Below are positions 1-8,570 of a stretch of DNA of 64,000 nt, in pieces. The notes under the pieces were generated by a model. That model worked only from the letters and a program-made list of their open reading frames with translations, made no database searches and was not told where the DNA came from. The stretch comes from a virus. Positions within the stretch are counted from its first letter, which is position 1. Each line of letters begins with the position of its first letter. The position numbers and the translations under genes were made by a program. Where the stretch lies: the IMG/VR virus record IMGVR_UViG_3300019850_000189, positions 96,001 to 160,000 of that record. One strand, written 5' to 3'.

Positions 1-250
1 TATGCGAGGAAGAATGGCAGATAGTAAAAGCGATGCTAAAAAGGCATACATATTTGTACTTAAGAAAAAGAGGATGTTGAAAGATTCTTGGTGGCAAGTA
101 GCTCAGCCAAACGCTCGCGGTTCTGAAAAACTTGCAACTTACTACAAATTAACTCCGATTGCATATGTTGCATTAGCTAAATATTTTGATATAGAAATTC
201 CAAAGGAATGTAGAAGAGAAGCAGCAAAATTGATTTTAAATGAAGGATGA

Positions 251-332
251 GCCGGTGTGGCGTAATTGGCAGCCGCGCCAGATTTAGGATCTGGTGCTTA
301 CGGGCGTGGAGGTTCGACTCCTCTCACCGGCA
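251..332 (+). tRNA. tRNA-Leu(TAG), class II
   Basis: Acceptor GCCGGTG/CACCGGC; anticodon arm CCAGA-TT TAG GA-TCTGG; long variable arm; T-loop TTCGACT. Confidence 0.93.
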
Positions 333-398
333 AAACACGAAACAGATGATTGAAAATGCTATCAATGAAATCTATACATGTAGAAACATAAATCACAA

Positions 399-474
399 AC
401 CCCTGTGGGCTAATCTTGGTAACGCCATCAGATTTAAAATCTGTTGAATCTCGGTTCGAGTCCGAGCAGGGGTA
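399..474 (+). tRNA. tRNA with TAA anticodon (Leu), short variable loop
   Basis: Acceptor ACCCCTG/CAGGGGT; anticodon loop TT TAA AA; T arm CTCGG-TTCGAGT-CCGAG; 5-nt variable loop. Confidence 0.82.
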
Positions 475-496
475 AAGATAACTCAAGGAGAGACTC

Positions 497-1075
497 ATGG
501 TTAACCTATACGCGCCAGTTTTAGCACTTAATTCAGGAATGGTGCCAATTGATGTTTATAATGTTAAAGAGGCTGTATGCTCACTGGTTTCGGGCAAGTC
601 CCGCTCAATCCGGAATGATGAAGACCAGCCAATTCGATCACAGTATCTATCAATTCCGTTACCAAGAGTCATTATGCTTTTGAATTTCAATAAGATTCCA
701 AAGCGGAAGGTTGTATATTCTCGATTAAATATCATATATCGCGATGATATGAAATGTATGTATTGCGGCAAACGTTTTAAGATAAATGAACTCACCATTG
801 ACCATGTTATCCCCATTAGTAGATGGCGAGAAATACCATCAAGAGCCAAACCGGATCATGTCAACTCCTGGGAGAACCAGGTCGCGGCTTGTATGGAATG
901 TAACAGAAAGAAAGGCAACAAACTCCTCAAGGAGGCTAATATGCATTTGATTCGGAAACCATTTGAGCCTAAATACATGCCTTTCCTTGTAATTTCAAGA
1001 GATAAGGCAGAGAAATTTGGATGGATGGATTTTTTGAGTTTCAACGCCAGAGTTGTTGAATCTATTGAGACATAG
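497..1075 (+). CDS. HNH endonuclease (McrA/HNH_5-like)
   Basis: RDDMKCMYCG...LTIDHVIP...SWENQVAACMECNRKKGNK; GGAG RBS upstream. Confidence 0.9.
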   Translation: MVNLYAPVLALNSGMVPIDVYNVKEAVCSLVSGKSRSIRNDEDQPIRSQYLSIPLPRVIMLLNFNKIPKRKVVYSRLNIIYRDDMKCMYCGKRFKINELTIDHVIPISRWREIPSRAKPDHVNSWENQVAACMECNRKKGNKLLKEANMHLIRKPFEPKYMPFLVISRDKAEKFGWMDFLSFNARVVESIET

Positions 1076-1082
1076 ATAGATA

Positions 1083-1265
1083 ATGATGAAGAGTCTAAAA
1101 GCAAAATTGTTGTTGCAGGAAATTGAACCTTCCTGCAACAGCTGCGATTATCTACGGCCTATTACAGAACAAGGACCATGGAATTACTGTCGCTATCATA
1201 GAGAAAAACCAGACAATGAATTATGTATTCATTGGAAACATGGAAGCGAAAAGCAATCAAATTAA
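1083..1265 (+). CDS. small Cys-rich hypothetical protein
   Basis: CxxC plus C/H residues; fills the gap between the HNH gene and a tRNA. Confidence 0.5.
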   Translation: MMKSLKAKLLLQEIEPSCNSCDYLRPITEQGPWNYCRYHREKPDNELCIHWKHGSEKQSN

Positions 1266-1268
1266 AGC

Positions 1269-1345
1269 GGCCCTGTACTCCAACTTGTGGCAGAGAGGCT
1301 GGATTCAAAACCCAGATGTTTGCGGTTCGACTCCGCACAGGGCCA
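1269..1345 (+). tRNA. tRNA with CAA anticodon (Leu), short variable loop
   Basis: Acceptor GGCCCTG/CAGGGCC; anticodon loop TT CAA AA (A31-C39 mismatch); T arm TGCGG-TTCGACT-CCGCA. Confidence 0.82.
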
Positions 1346-1388
1346 ATAAAAATTTAAGAAGTGCATTTAAATGCACTTGGAGGTAAAA

Positions 1389-2174
1389 ATGAGTAATAGT
1401 ACTCTGAAAACTTATGTCGCTATTATTTTAGATAAGAGCGGTAGCATGGATGGTATTCGAAATGAAGCTCGAAACCATTTTAATGAGCAGATTGAAGCGC
1501 TCAAGGAGGAATCTAATTCTCCAGCAAAAGTAGCAAAAAATCTATTGAAAGGAAAAAAGACCCAAGGTTTAGAAACAAAGGCGACTTTTGTAACATTCAA
1601 TGAGAGCATAGACATGCCAATTTTCAATGAAGATGTTAACTCTTTGAATGAATTAAAACCTAAAGATTACATCCCTGGCGGCATGACAGCTCTTTATGAT
1701 GCGATGGGATTTACTATCCATAAGTTTCTTGACGAAATTCCAGATATAAATGATCCCAATGTTGCTGTCCTCTTTACAGTAATCACTGATGGACAGGAAA
1801 ATGCATCATCCGATTACAGTGGCGAGGAAGGCCGGAAAAAGCTAAAGTCACAAATAGAAGATTTGCAGGCGACTAATCGCTGGACATTTACATATCTCGG
1901 GGCAAATCAGGATGTATTAGAAGAGGCTGTTAAAGGGCTGTCATTTATGGCGAATAATGTGCAAGCCTGGGTTTCTGATCCTTCAGGTACGCGTAACGCA
2001 ACAATGAGACAAATTAGCGGAACGAGAAGTTATTATACAGCTAGAAAAATGGGTCGTACTTCCGTGGCTAATTTTTATGATGTCCCAGATGCGGATAAGG
2101 ATGATGATGTTTCAAAGACAGATAGTGCCTTGACTGCGGAAACGACTATTAACAAAAAGCCCGCTGTTAAATAG
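1389..2174 (+). CDS. von Willebrand factor A (vWA) domain protein
   Basis: MIDAS motif ILDKSGSM, TALYDAMG, ITDGQENAS; GGAGG RBS precedes ATG 1389. Confidence 0.88.
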   Translation: MSNSTLKTYVAIILDKSGSMDGIRNEARNHFNEQIEALKEESNSPAKVAKNLLKGKKTQGLETKATFVTFNESIDMPIFNEDVNSLNELKPKDYIPGGMTALYDAMGFTIHKFLDEIPDINDPNVAVLFTVITDGQENASSDYSGEEGRKKLKSQIEDLQATNRWTFTYLGANQDVLEEAVKGLSFMANNVQAWVSDPSGTRNATMRQISGTRSYYTARKMGRTSVANFYDVPDADKDDDVSKTDSALTAETTINKKPAVK

Positions 2175-2222
2175 AAATGTTATGATTGCCGGCCTTGATG
2201 ATATAATTTATCAGGAGGAGTT

Positions 2223-3203
2223 ATGAAAAGTGAAAAGCTTTGGTTAAGGCATCGGATAAATAATATATTAATTGTTGAAGACGAATCCGACACTATGGGC
2301 GTCCTCACTTACGCTCTTAAATCTTTTTTGGAAGACGATATAAAAATATATCAGGCGGGCGGTTGTCAAGAGGCTATTGGCATTTCCCATAGGATCGATT
2401 TAGACTTAGCAATCATAGATTACAAGTTGCCTGATGGATCTGGTATAGAACTCATTAAAGAAATAAAAAAACAAAATAATCTTTTACCTGTTCTGATGAT
2501 TACAGGGTATGGTAATACAGTCAAGGAAGACGCTCTGGAGTCAGGCGTCAATGTGTTTCTCGACAAACCTATTGAATTAACTGAATTTCTGAGTTTGAGC
2601 CGCAATTTATTATCGCTCAGTAGGACAAGAAAAAGACTTGTTGACGCTGAGAATATGATTACAGCACTTAACCGTGCAATTGAAGCTAGAGATGTGTATA
2701 CAGAAGGCCATTCTGCCAGGGTTGCTGCTTATAGTTTAATAATATTTGATAATGCTAATATCGGCAATGGCGATAAACGCGAGGCATTACACATGGGATG
2801 TATTTTACATGATATAGGAAAAATTGGTATACCAGATGAAATTCTCAAATCCAATAAAACACCGCTATCGTCATCCGAATATGATGTCATTAAACAACAT
2901 CCAACTAAGGGCTATGATATATGCAAGGATTTGAGTAGTCTTAAGGCCTCTTTGCCGATTATAAAACATCATCATGAAAAGTTGGATGGTTCCGGGTATC
3001 CGGATGGATTAGTAGAAAAAGAGATTCCAGAGATTGTACAGATATCGACAATCGCTGATATTTATGACGCTTTAACTTCAGATAGGAGCTATCGTAAGCT
3101 CAATAGTCCTAAAGAAGCCATTGATATAATGCAAAAGGAAGAAGTGGATGAAGGTAAACTTAATAAAGATTTTTTCGATATATTAAGATTTAAAATGATT
3201 TAG
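2223..3203 (+). CDS. response regulator receiver + HD-GYP phosphodiesterase (RpfG-like)
   Basis: REC: ILIVEDE, IIDYKLPD, ITGY, DKP; HD-GYP: HSARV, HDIGK, HHHEKLDGSGYP, ADIYDAL. Confidence 0.93.
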   Translation: MKSEKLWLRHRINNILIVEDESDTMGVLTYALKSFLEDDIKIYQAGGCQEAIGISHRIDLDLAIIDYKLPDGSGIELIKEIKKQNNLLPVLMITGYGNTVKEDALESGVNVFLDKPIELTEFLSLSRNLLSLSRTRKRLVDAENMITALNRAIEARDVYTEGHSARVAAYSLIIFDNANIGNGDKREALHMGCILHDIGKIGIPDEILKSNKTPLSSSEYDVIKQHPTKGYDICKDLSSLKASLPIIKHHHEKLDGSGYPDGLVEKEIPEIVQISTIADIYDALTSDRSYRKLNSPKEAIDIMQKEEVDEGKLNKDFFDILRFKMI

Positions 3204-3205
3204 TT

Positions 3206-3234
3206 TTACAATTCGTCAAAAGTGTGTTACAATA
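3206..3234 (+). promoter_or_regulatory. sigma70-type promoter
   Basis: TTTACA-17 nt-TACAAT, followed by GGAGG RBS of ORF 3253. Confidence 0.7.
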
Positions 3235-3252
3235 TATTTAGGAGGAGTTAAA

Positions 3253-3573
3253 ATGCAAAAAAAATATTGGATAGCACATTTTGAGAGGTTAGCAATGAAG
3301 AATATGCATCAAAGGCGCCTGGAGCTTTCTAAAAAAATCAGATCCATAATGGCTAAGTGGTCCGAAAAAGAGTCAAAGCCGAATATACGCGAAATGAAAA
3401 AGCTTATGACACAAGCTAAGAAAAAAGATGAAGCTTTTTCGAAATTGATGCGTGCATTAATGGAAGATGGTAATTTATTAATGGATATATATCTCAAGAG
3501 TTGGTCTCTCTTTGGCTCTAAGCCGAGGATAGCAAAATCATCACTGTTAACAATGATGCGACGTTCATTATAA
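3253..3573 (+). CDS. hypothetical protein
   Basis: Promoter and strong RBS directly upstream. Confidence 0.7.
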   Translation: MQKKYWIAHFERLAMKNMHQRRLELSKKIRSIMAKWSEKESKPNIREMKKLMTQAKKKDEAFSKLMRALMEDGNLLMDIYLKSWSLFGSKPRIAKSSLLTMMRRSL

Positions 3574-3613
3574 AAGATAGTAGCAGACGTTTAAGGATGT
3601 GCAATAATCCAAA

Positions 3614-3694
3614 GCCTGGATGGCATAATAGGTAGCCGCGCAAGATCGAGATTTTTATAATCTTGAATTGTAAGAGCTCGAATTTCTCCGGGCA
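3614..3694 (+). pseudogene. degenerate tRNA-Leu(GAG)-like sequence
   Basis: Acceptor GCCTGGA/TCCGGGC; D arm resembles the Leu(TAG) tRNA at 251; loop TC GAG AT; long variable arm; C54 and shortened T stem. Confidence 0.55.
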
Positions 3695-3738
3695 ATTAAG
3701 GATAAATAATTGAATACTTAAAATCCATAGGGAATGCA

Positions 3739-3963
3739 ATGCGAATAATTGATGCTCGCTGGACAAAACATGTAAATTATTTATTAATTGAATGTGAATG
3801 TGGTAATAGATGGTGGCACAGGGCAGATCGTCGCAAAGTTGTATGTAACAAATGCTTGTCAATGGAAGATTTATTAGATTTAAAAGCCAACAAGGATGTT
3901 AATATGAAAGGTATCTTTGATAAGGATATGGACCAGAAAGATTTTGATAAAGAACAAGATTGA
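3739..3963 (+). CDS. small zinc-ribbon protein
   Basis: CECG...VVCNKC. Confidence 0.55.
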   Translation: MRIIDARWTKHVNYLLIECECGNRWWHRADRRKVVCNKCLSMEDLLDLKANKDVNMKGIFDKDMDQKDFDKEQD

Positions 3964-3975
3964 GTTAAGAATAAA

Positions 3976-4052
3976 GGCCAGGTGGCTGAAATGGAATAGG
4001 CACTCGGTTGCAACCCGAGATTATGCAGGTTCAAGTCCTGTCCTGGTCTCCA
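3976..4052 (+). tRNA. tRNA-Cys(GCA)
   Basis: Anticodon arm CTCGG-TT GCA AC-CCGAG; U73 discriminator; encoded CCA. Confidence 0.95.
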
Positions 4053-4126
4053 GCCCCCGTAGCTAAACGGAACAAGGCGCTGCGCTTCGAACGCAGATAT
4101 TCCAGGTTCGAATCCTGGCGGGGGTA
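4053..4126 (+). tRNA. tRNA-Arg(TCG)
   Basis: Acceptor GCCCCCG/CGGGGGT; arm CTGCG-CT TCG AA-CGCAG; abuts tRNA-Cys with no spacer. Confidence 0.93.
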
Positions 4127-4142
4127 ATAAGAAGGAATCAGT

Positions 4143-4388
4143 ATGGATGCTAATAAACTTAGTAGGCTTCAAGAAATAAATTATAGAGTTTGTAAGGTAT
4201 GCGGTCTTTGTCAACATGGAAACTTCCCGAATAATGAATGGGGAACTTGTGATTTATATAATTATGAGCACTTAAAACACAGCAAAGTATTAAGAGAACT
4301 AAGTATCAACAAATCGGGCTCGTGTGATCATTTTGATTTAGATGAAGTAAAAGCCACAAAATTAGGAGCTTATAAAGGTCTTATTTAA
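4143..4388 (+). CDS. Cys-rich hypothetical protein
   Basis: CxxCxxC-like cluster; AGGA RBS. Confidence 0.6.
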   Translation: MDANKLSRLQEINYRVCKVCGLCQHGNFPNNEWGTCDLYNYEHLKHSKVLRELSINKSGSCDHFDLDEVKATKLGAYKGLI

Positions 4389-4421
4389 CGGAACACAACT
4401 AGTTCAATAAATGGATAGAAT

Positions 4422-5228
4422 TTGATTATAGTGAAACCGATGCAGATGCTTTGGGACATATATAATGGAGGACATAATAGAGTTAATGCGAGATATTGCG
4501 AGGGATTTGCGGTATTTCCAAAATATAAATATCGCTTAAGGAAATTATCCATGGAAACTAAAGGAAATGAGCATTTACCGGATTACTTAGATGATAAGAC
4601 GCCATTTTTAACCTTAGTGAGGTGGAAATTAGAAAACATATGGTATTCTTTGAATAATGTTAAATGGTTTTTTCAGAAGGTTTTTAGAACTTATCACGCT
4701 TCTGATAGCGATTTATGGGGATTATATGAACACCTGGCTCCAATAATTTTGAAAAAATTAAAAGCCTTTAGATCATATCCGCTATCTGGATACCCTACGG
4801 ATTTTTCTGAATACGCAGAGAACGAATGGAAATCTAAAGATGAGTATGATAAGGCGAAAGCTGATGGCCAGTTTGTCGGTGGCGAGATGGAAGCGTGGCT
4901 AGCCACTCTTGACAAAATGATCTTTGCGTTCGAATTTATTATTATGCACGACCATCGTAATGAAAAGAAGCGCCAGAAACTTTTTGACAAATATGGACTC
5001 AAAGACCCTAATGCCATGATACCAGAAAATAAACATGTTAGTTATATTTATAGAACCAGTGATGGCACAACAACTTTTTTGAACCGGGCCCCAGAGGAAG
5101 AAAAAGATAAGACATATTTGGGCGAGAATGTTTTTTACTACAATGTGGATCTTGAACAACAGTATTGGGATAGAGTTCAAAAGGGACTTCACCTATTCGC
5201 CAAATACTTTCTGGGTCTTTGGGATTAA
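4422..5228 (+). CDS. hypothetical phage protein
   Basis: Long ORF filling the space between tRNA genes; no family recognised. Confidence 0.7.
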   Translation: MIIVKPMQMLWDIYNGGHNRVNARYCEGFAVFPKYKYRLRKLSMETKGNEHLPDYLDDKTPFLTLVRWKLENIWYSLNNVKWFFQKVFRTYHASDSDLWGLYEHLAPIILKKLKAFRSYPLSGYPTDFSEYAENEWKSKDEYDKAKADGQFVGGEMEAWLATLDKMIFAFEFIIMHDHRNEKKRQKLFDKYGLKDPNAMIPENKHVSYIYRTSDGTTTFLNRAPEEEKDKTYLGENVFYYNVDLEQQYWDRVQKGLHLFAKYFLGLWD

Positions 5229-5236
5229 ATATATAA

Positions 5237-5308
5237 GCCCGCGTAGCCCAACGGAGAAGGCTGCAGTCTTCTAAACTGCAGATGGTGGTTCAATTCCACC
5301 CGCGGGCG
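5237..5308 (+). tRNA. tRNA-Arg(TCT)
   Basis: Acceptor GCCCGCG/CGCGGGC; arm GCAGT-CT TCT AA-ACTGC. Confidence 0.92.
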
Positions 5309-5350
5309 CTCGGCCAGTTGGCCGGAAATTTATTTGGAGGTTTAAGTTTT

Positions 5351-5551
5351 ATGCAGGAAGGTTACGTGAAATGGTTTGATGAAAAGAAGGGATTTGGCTT
5401 CATTAGCAGAGATGATGGCGATGATCTTTTCGTTCATTATTCCGAAATTCAGAATGAAGGATTTAAAACATTAGCCGAGAATCAAAAAGTTTCTTTTGAA
5501 ATAAAAGAAGGTCCTAAAGGTTTGCAAGCTTCAAATGTAAAAATTCTTTAA
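5351..5551 (+). CDS. cspA: cold-shock protein (CspA family)
   Basis: RNP1 KGFGFI, RNP2 LFVHYS, KWF...EGPKG.QA.NV; GGAGG RBS. Confidence 0.96.
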   Translation: MQEGYVKWFDEKKGFGFISRDDGDDLFVHYSEIQNEGFKTLAENQKVSFEIKEGPKGLQASNVKIL

Positions 5552-5554
5552 TCG

Positions 5555-5588
5555 AAAAGATGGCCCCAATATTGGGGCCATCTTTTTT
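5555..5588 (+). terminator. intrinsic terminator (possibly bidirectional)
   Basis: AAAAGATGGCCCCAA/TTGGGGCCATCTTTT inverted repeat followed by a U tract. Confidence 0.85.
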
Positions 5589-5821
5589 AAATGGAAATAA
5601 TCATGAAATTTAATTTAGGTGATGAATTGAAAATTAAAGCTATAAGAGAAAAAAACAACCAACTCAAAAGCCAGATTTTATCCGCTTCAACTTCGGAGCT
5701 GCCTTTGGAAATTGCGCATATCTTTAAGTTCCTGGAGAATATTAATGAACAAGTTAGAGAATTATTAGAATTACTCAAAAAAGCTAATTCAAATGGCATG
5801 AGCCATATGAAATCAGATTGA

Positions 5822-5894
5822 GCTCCTGTAGTCTAGCTGGAAAAAATGCGGGTTTCCTAAACCTGATCCGCGGGTTCGAATCCCGCCAGGAGCA
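5822..5894 (+). tRNA. tRNA-Arg(CCT)
   Basis: Acceptor GCTCCTG/CAGGAGC; loop TT CCT AA; T arm GCGGG-TTCGAAT-CCCGC. Confidence 0.9.
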
Positions 5895-5930
5895 AATTAA
5901 TTTAATATAAAATATTTTAGGGGAGTTATT

Positions 5931-6848
5931 ATGCATGTTTTTTATCACTGCAGAGATCTTGACGGGCGTTGTTCCGGCGCAATCGCCAGATACTATCATG
6001 AGAATACAAAAAAAAATAGTAAAGTTGTAATGCACCCATTTGATTATGGATATTCATTTCCATTTGATGAAATAACTGACGGCGAGAAAGTATGGATGCT
6101 TGATGTATCTACCAATCCATATGATATAATGTTAGAAATTAATAATAGATATGATCTCACGGTTATAGATCATCATGCATCATTTATAAATTCTGGAATC
6201 CCTGAGAAATTAAATGGAAAGTTTGAAATCGGCAAGGCTGCCTGCGAACTTACTTGGAAGCACTGTTATGGTTATGGTTCTGGGATGCCAAGATTGGTTC
6301 ACTTATTAGGACGCTATGATGTCTGGGATAAATCAGATCTAGATATTTGGAACAAATACATTCTTCCAACACAGATGGGCGTACAACTGAAAAATGTGGA
6401 TCCAAAAGATGGTTTCGAATTCTGGAAGATGTATTTTGATGATCATTTTGGAACAGGCGACACGGGTATTGTTGAAACTACGATAAATAAACAGGGTTCT
6501 ATTGTTTTAGCTTATCAATATCAAATGGACAAAAAAAATGTGAATCTGAATTCTTTCGCTGCTAAGTTTTTAGATTTTAATGCCATATGTTTAAACTCGG
6601 CGCGTTCCAATTCACAAGTTTTCGAATCCGTATGGGATCCTAATAAATATGATCTTATGTTTTTCTGGAGTAGCGTAAAGGGAGAAAGATACACATGCTC
6701 TATAATTACCGATAAACCCAATATAGATGTCAGTAAGATAGCAAGTGCCTTCGGCGGAGGTGGCCACAAGCAGGCGGCAGGATTCCAATGCAAAAATGTA
6801 GTGATTTCTTCAGAATCAGAAGGTAAAAGAATTATCATAAATATGTAA
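5931..6848 (+). CDS. DHH/DHHA1 family phosphoesterase
   Basis: YHCRDLDG, VIDHH, RYDVW, GGGGHKQAAGF. Confidence 0.92.
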   Translation: MHVFYHCRDLDGRCSGAIARYYHENTKKNSKVVMHPFDYGYSFPFDEITDGEKVWMLDVSTNPYDIMLEINNRYDLTVIDHHASFINSGIPEKLNGKFEIGKAACELTWKHCYGYGSGMPRLVHLLGRYDVWDKSDLDIWNKYILPTQMGVQLKNVDPKDGFEFWKMYFDDHFGTGDTGIVETTINKQGSIVLAYQYQMDKKNVNLNSFAAKFLDFNAICLNSARSNSQVFESVWDPNKYDLMFFWSSVKGERYTCSIITDKPNIDVSKIASAFGGGGHKQAAGFQCKNVVISSESEGKRIIINM

Positions 6849-6937
6849 TATATATATTATTAAACCACCAAGAATACCAAGATAAACTTTCTATCCCTTA
6901 AAGTAAACAATGCTTACTTTAAAAAGTAGGGTGGTGT

Positions 6938-7024
6938 ATGGCAAAAACCATTAGCGCGAAAAATAAAAGACAAGAATTTTTCTGTAAATATTGTGGTGGC
7001 AAAATAGATGTCTTCGCAGAATAA
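6938..7024 (+). CDS. 28-aa CxxC microprotein (not in the ORF track)
   Basis: MAKTISAKNKRQEFFCKYCGGKIDVFAE; GGGTGG RBS-like sequence upstream. Confidence 0.35.
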   Translation: MAKTISAKNKRQEFFCKYCGGKIDVFAE

Positions 7025-7057
7025 AAAAAAACATATAGAAGTCAAAGGGAGTGGTAA

Positions 7058-7303
7058 ATGAGTTGGACAGTTATGTGGCGTGATATATTCACACCTATTG
7101 TTTTAGTCGGTCTCTTTTCTATGAATTTTATTACTTTATTCATAGCTATTCGTCGAGAGAAAAGGGATACCAAAAGAAACAGAGAAAATATAGTAAGAAA
7201 CGCGAAGCAAATTGCGAGAAATTACAAATTGTTAAAAGAAGCTTCGCGTGGCCACGCAGCACTAGAAAAAAAGCAGTTAAAACAAAACCTTCCTATGAAT
7301 TAG
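7058..7303 (+). CDS. single-TM small membrane protein
   Basis: Hydrophobic N-terminal helix then a basic coiled-coil tail; GGGAG RBS. Confidence 0.6.
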   Translation: MSWTVMWRDIFTPIVLVGLFSMNFITLFIAIRREKRDTKRNRENIVRNAKQIARNYKLLKEASRGHAALEKKQLKQNLPMN

Positions 7304-7363
7304 CATCGGAAATTTATCTGAAAAACGGACGTTAAAAAGCTGAGTAAGAACTTAAACAACATT

Positions 7364-7696
7364 TTGCTCAAAGATAACTGTATGAAGCTAAAGATGGGTG
7401 ATATAGTAATAAAACAAATGAGCAGTCCGAAAGGCCGTAATATTTATGTGTTTATAAAAAAGGAACATAATTCTCCTTTCTCCAAGGTATTCTATATCGG
7501 AGATACTCTATTTAAAACAGATGAATCGAGTGCTATTATATTTAAAAGGCCCAGTGACATAAAATATTTTAGTATTATACTACATAGTTTTTGGAAACCA
7601 ACTCCAGAGGAATTAGCTGAATTATTCCATGGAAAATCGTTATTGGTACCAAAGCAGACTATTGTTAAAATTATGACGCAATTAGATGAATTCTAA
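7364..7696 (+). CDS. hypothetical protein, paralog of 11745..12044
   Basis: Shared GD(I/L)(V/L)I...SAII(F/Y)KR...TP.E pattern. Confidence 0.6.
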   Translation: MLKDNCMKLKMGDIVIKQMSSPKGRNIYVFIKKEHNSPFSKVFYIGDTLFKTDESSAIIFKRPSDIKYFSIILHSFWKPTPEELAELFHGKSLLVPKQTIVKIMTQLDEF

Positions 7697-7707
7697 TATG
7701 TTAAGAA

Positions 7708-7977
7708 GTGTTTAAAATGAATTTTAATAATGCCTTAGAAGAATCTTCATGGGTTCAAGGAGTTACCACATCATCAACTTCTCCACCAAGGGGTATTTTT
7801 TCTAAAAGTGCTGAAGAGGTTGCCAAGGTTATGACAAAAAAAAGTATTAGCCCGAAAGGTCCTGGATCTGCCATTAAAATGATTCAGTATTTTATTAATA
7901 GAGCCGGCAAAAAATTAAGCGCAAAAAGAAAACGAGAATTAGAAAAAGCTAAAAAGATAATTCAGACAAAATCATGA
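7708..7977 (+). CDS. DUF3175-like small basic protein
   Basis: SAIKMIQYFINRAGKKLS.KRK..LEKAK resembles the DUF3175 consensus as recalled. Confidence 0.55.
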   Translation: MFKMNFNNALEESSWVQGVTTSSTSPPRGIFSKSAEEVAKVMTKKSISPKGPGSAIKMIQYFINRAGKKLSAKRKRELEKAKKIIQTKS

Positions 7978-8099
7978 TACATATATATAACCGTGATAAT
8001 TCTTACGGTATATGATGGGGGACACAATGACATAGTCAGCAAGAGGACCTTGAATATCTCCTGTTTGCCAACCTAAATTAAACAATAGGAGATATTAAA

Positions 8100-8570
8100 A
8101 TGACGAAAGAAAAATATTTAGAAATTAAGCAGGAACTTAAAAACCTCGCAAAAAAAATCAAAAAAACAAAACCAATCTTTAGGCGAGCTCAGAGAGATTT
8201 TTCACTGTTCCAGAATGTCAATGGCACATATGCGCAGCTGATGAATTCTGGCAAATGGTCTAGAATAAGAGATGAATATCGTGAACTTGAAGATGCTCCC
8301 AGTGAAACAAATCTCAAACATTACCAATTTGTATATAGGCATAAACACATTGCATACTGTTTATTGCGAGGAAGAACTCGCGATGAGATTGAACGGCCTA
8401 GCAATAGCAATAGCAATATGCCATCTGAGTATGAGATCATGATGATCCTTAAAAAATGGGGTGTCAGCACAAAGCAGACAAATGGTCGCAACATTATTGA
8501 TTGGGCAAAGGAAGAATTTGTTCCAAAGAGAGCAAGAAGATCAGTCGCGAAAGAGGCCTTGAAAGTATGA
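8100..8570 (+). CDS. hypothetical phage protein
   Basis: AGGAG RBS; YRHKHIAYCLLRGRT motif. Confidence 0.7.
   Translation: MTKEKYLEIKQELKNLAKKIKKTKPIFRRAQRDFSLFQNVNGTYAQLMNSGKWSRIRDEYRELEDAPSETNLKHYQFVYRHKHIAYCLLRGRTRDEIERPSNSNSNMPSEYEIMMILKKWGVSTKQTNGRNIIDWAKEEFVPKRARRSVAKEALKV

Noticed and set aside
497-1075. HNH gene as a novel mobile element
   Set aside because: HNH genes in phage tRNA clusters are commonplace; no intron, terminal repeats or target duplication visible.
1289-1316. Reading the tRNA at 1269 as an opal (TCA) suppressor
   Set aside because: The stem register CTGG/CCAG centres CAA in the loop; shifting the register destroys the stem.
3596-3712. Short ORF that amber readthrough would extend
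   Set aside because: No recognisable motif, and it overlaps the pseudo-tRNA, which explains the sequence better.
7990-8099. Known riboswitch (c-di-GMP, preQ1) in the ORF 8100 leader
   Set aside because: Conserved cores of those classes are not recognisable; only the anti-SD hairpin is reported.
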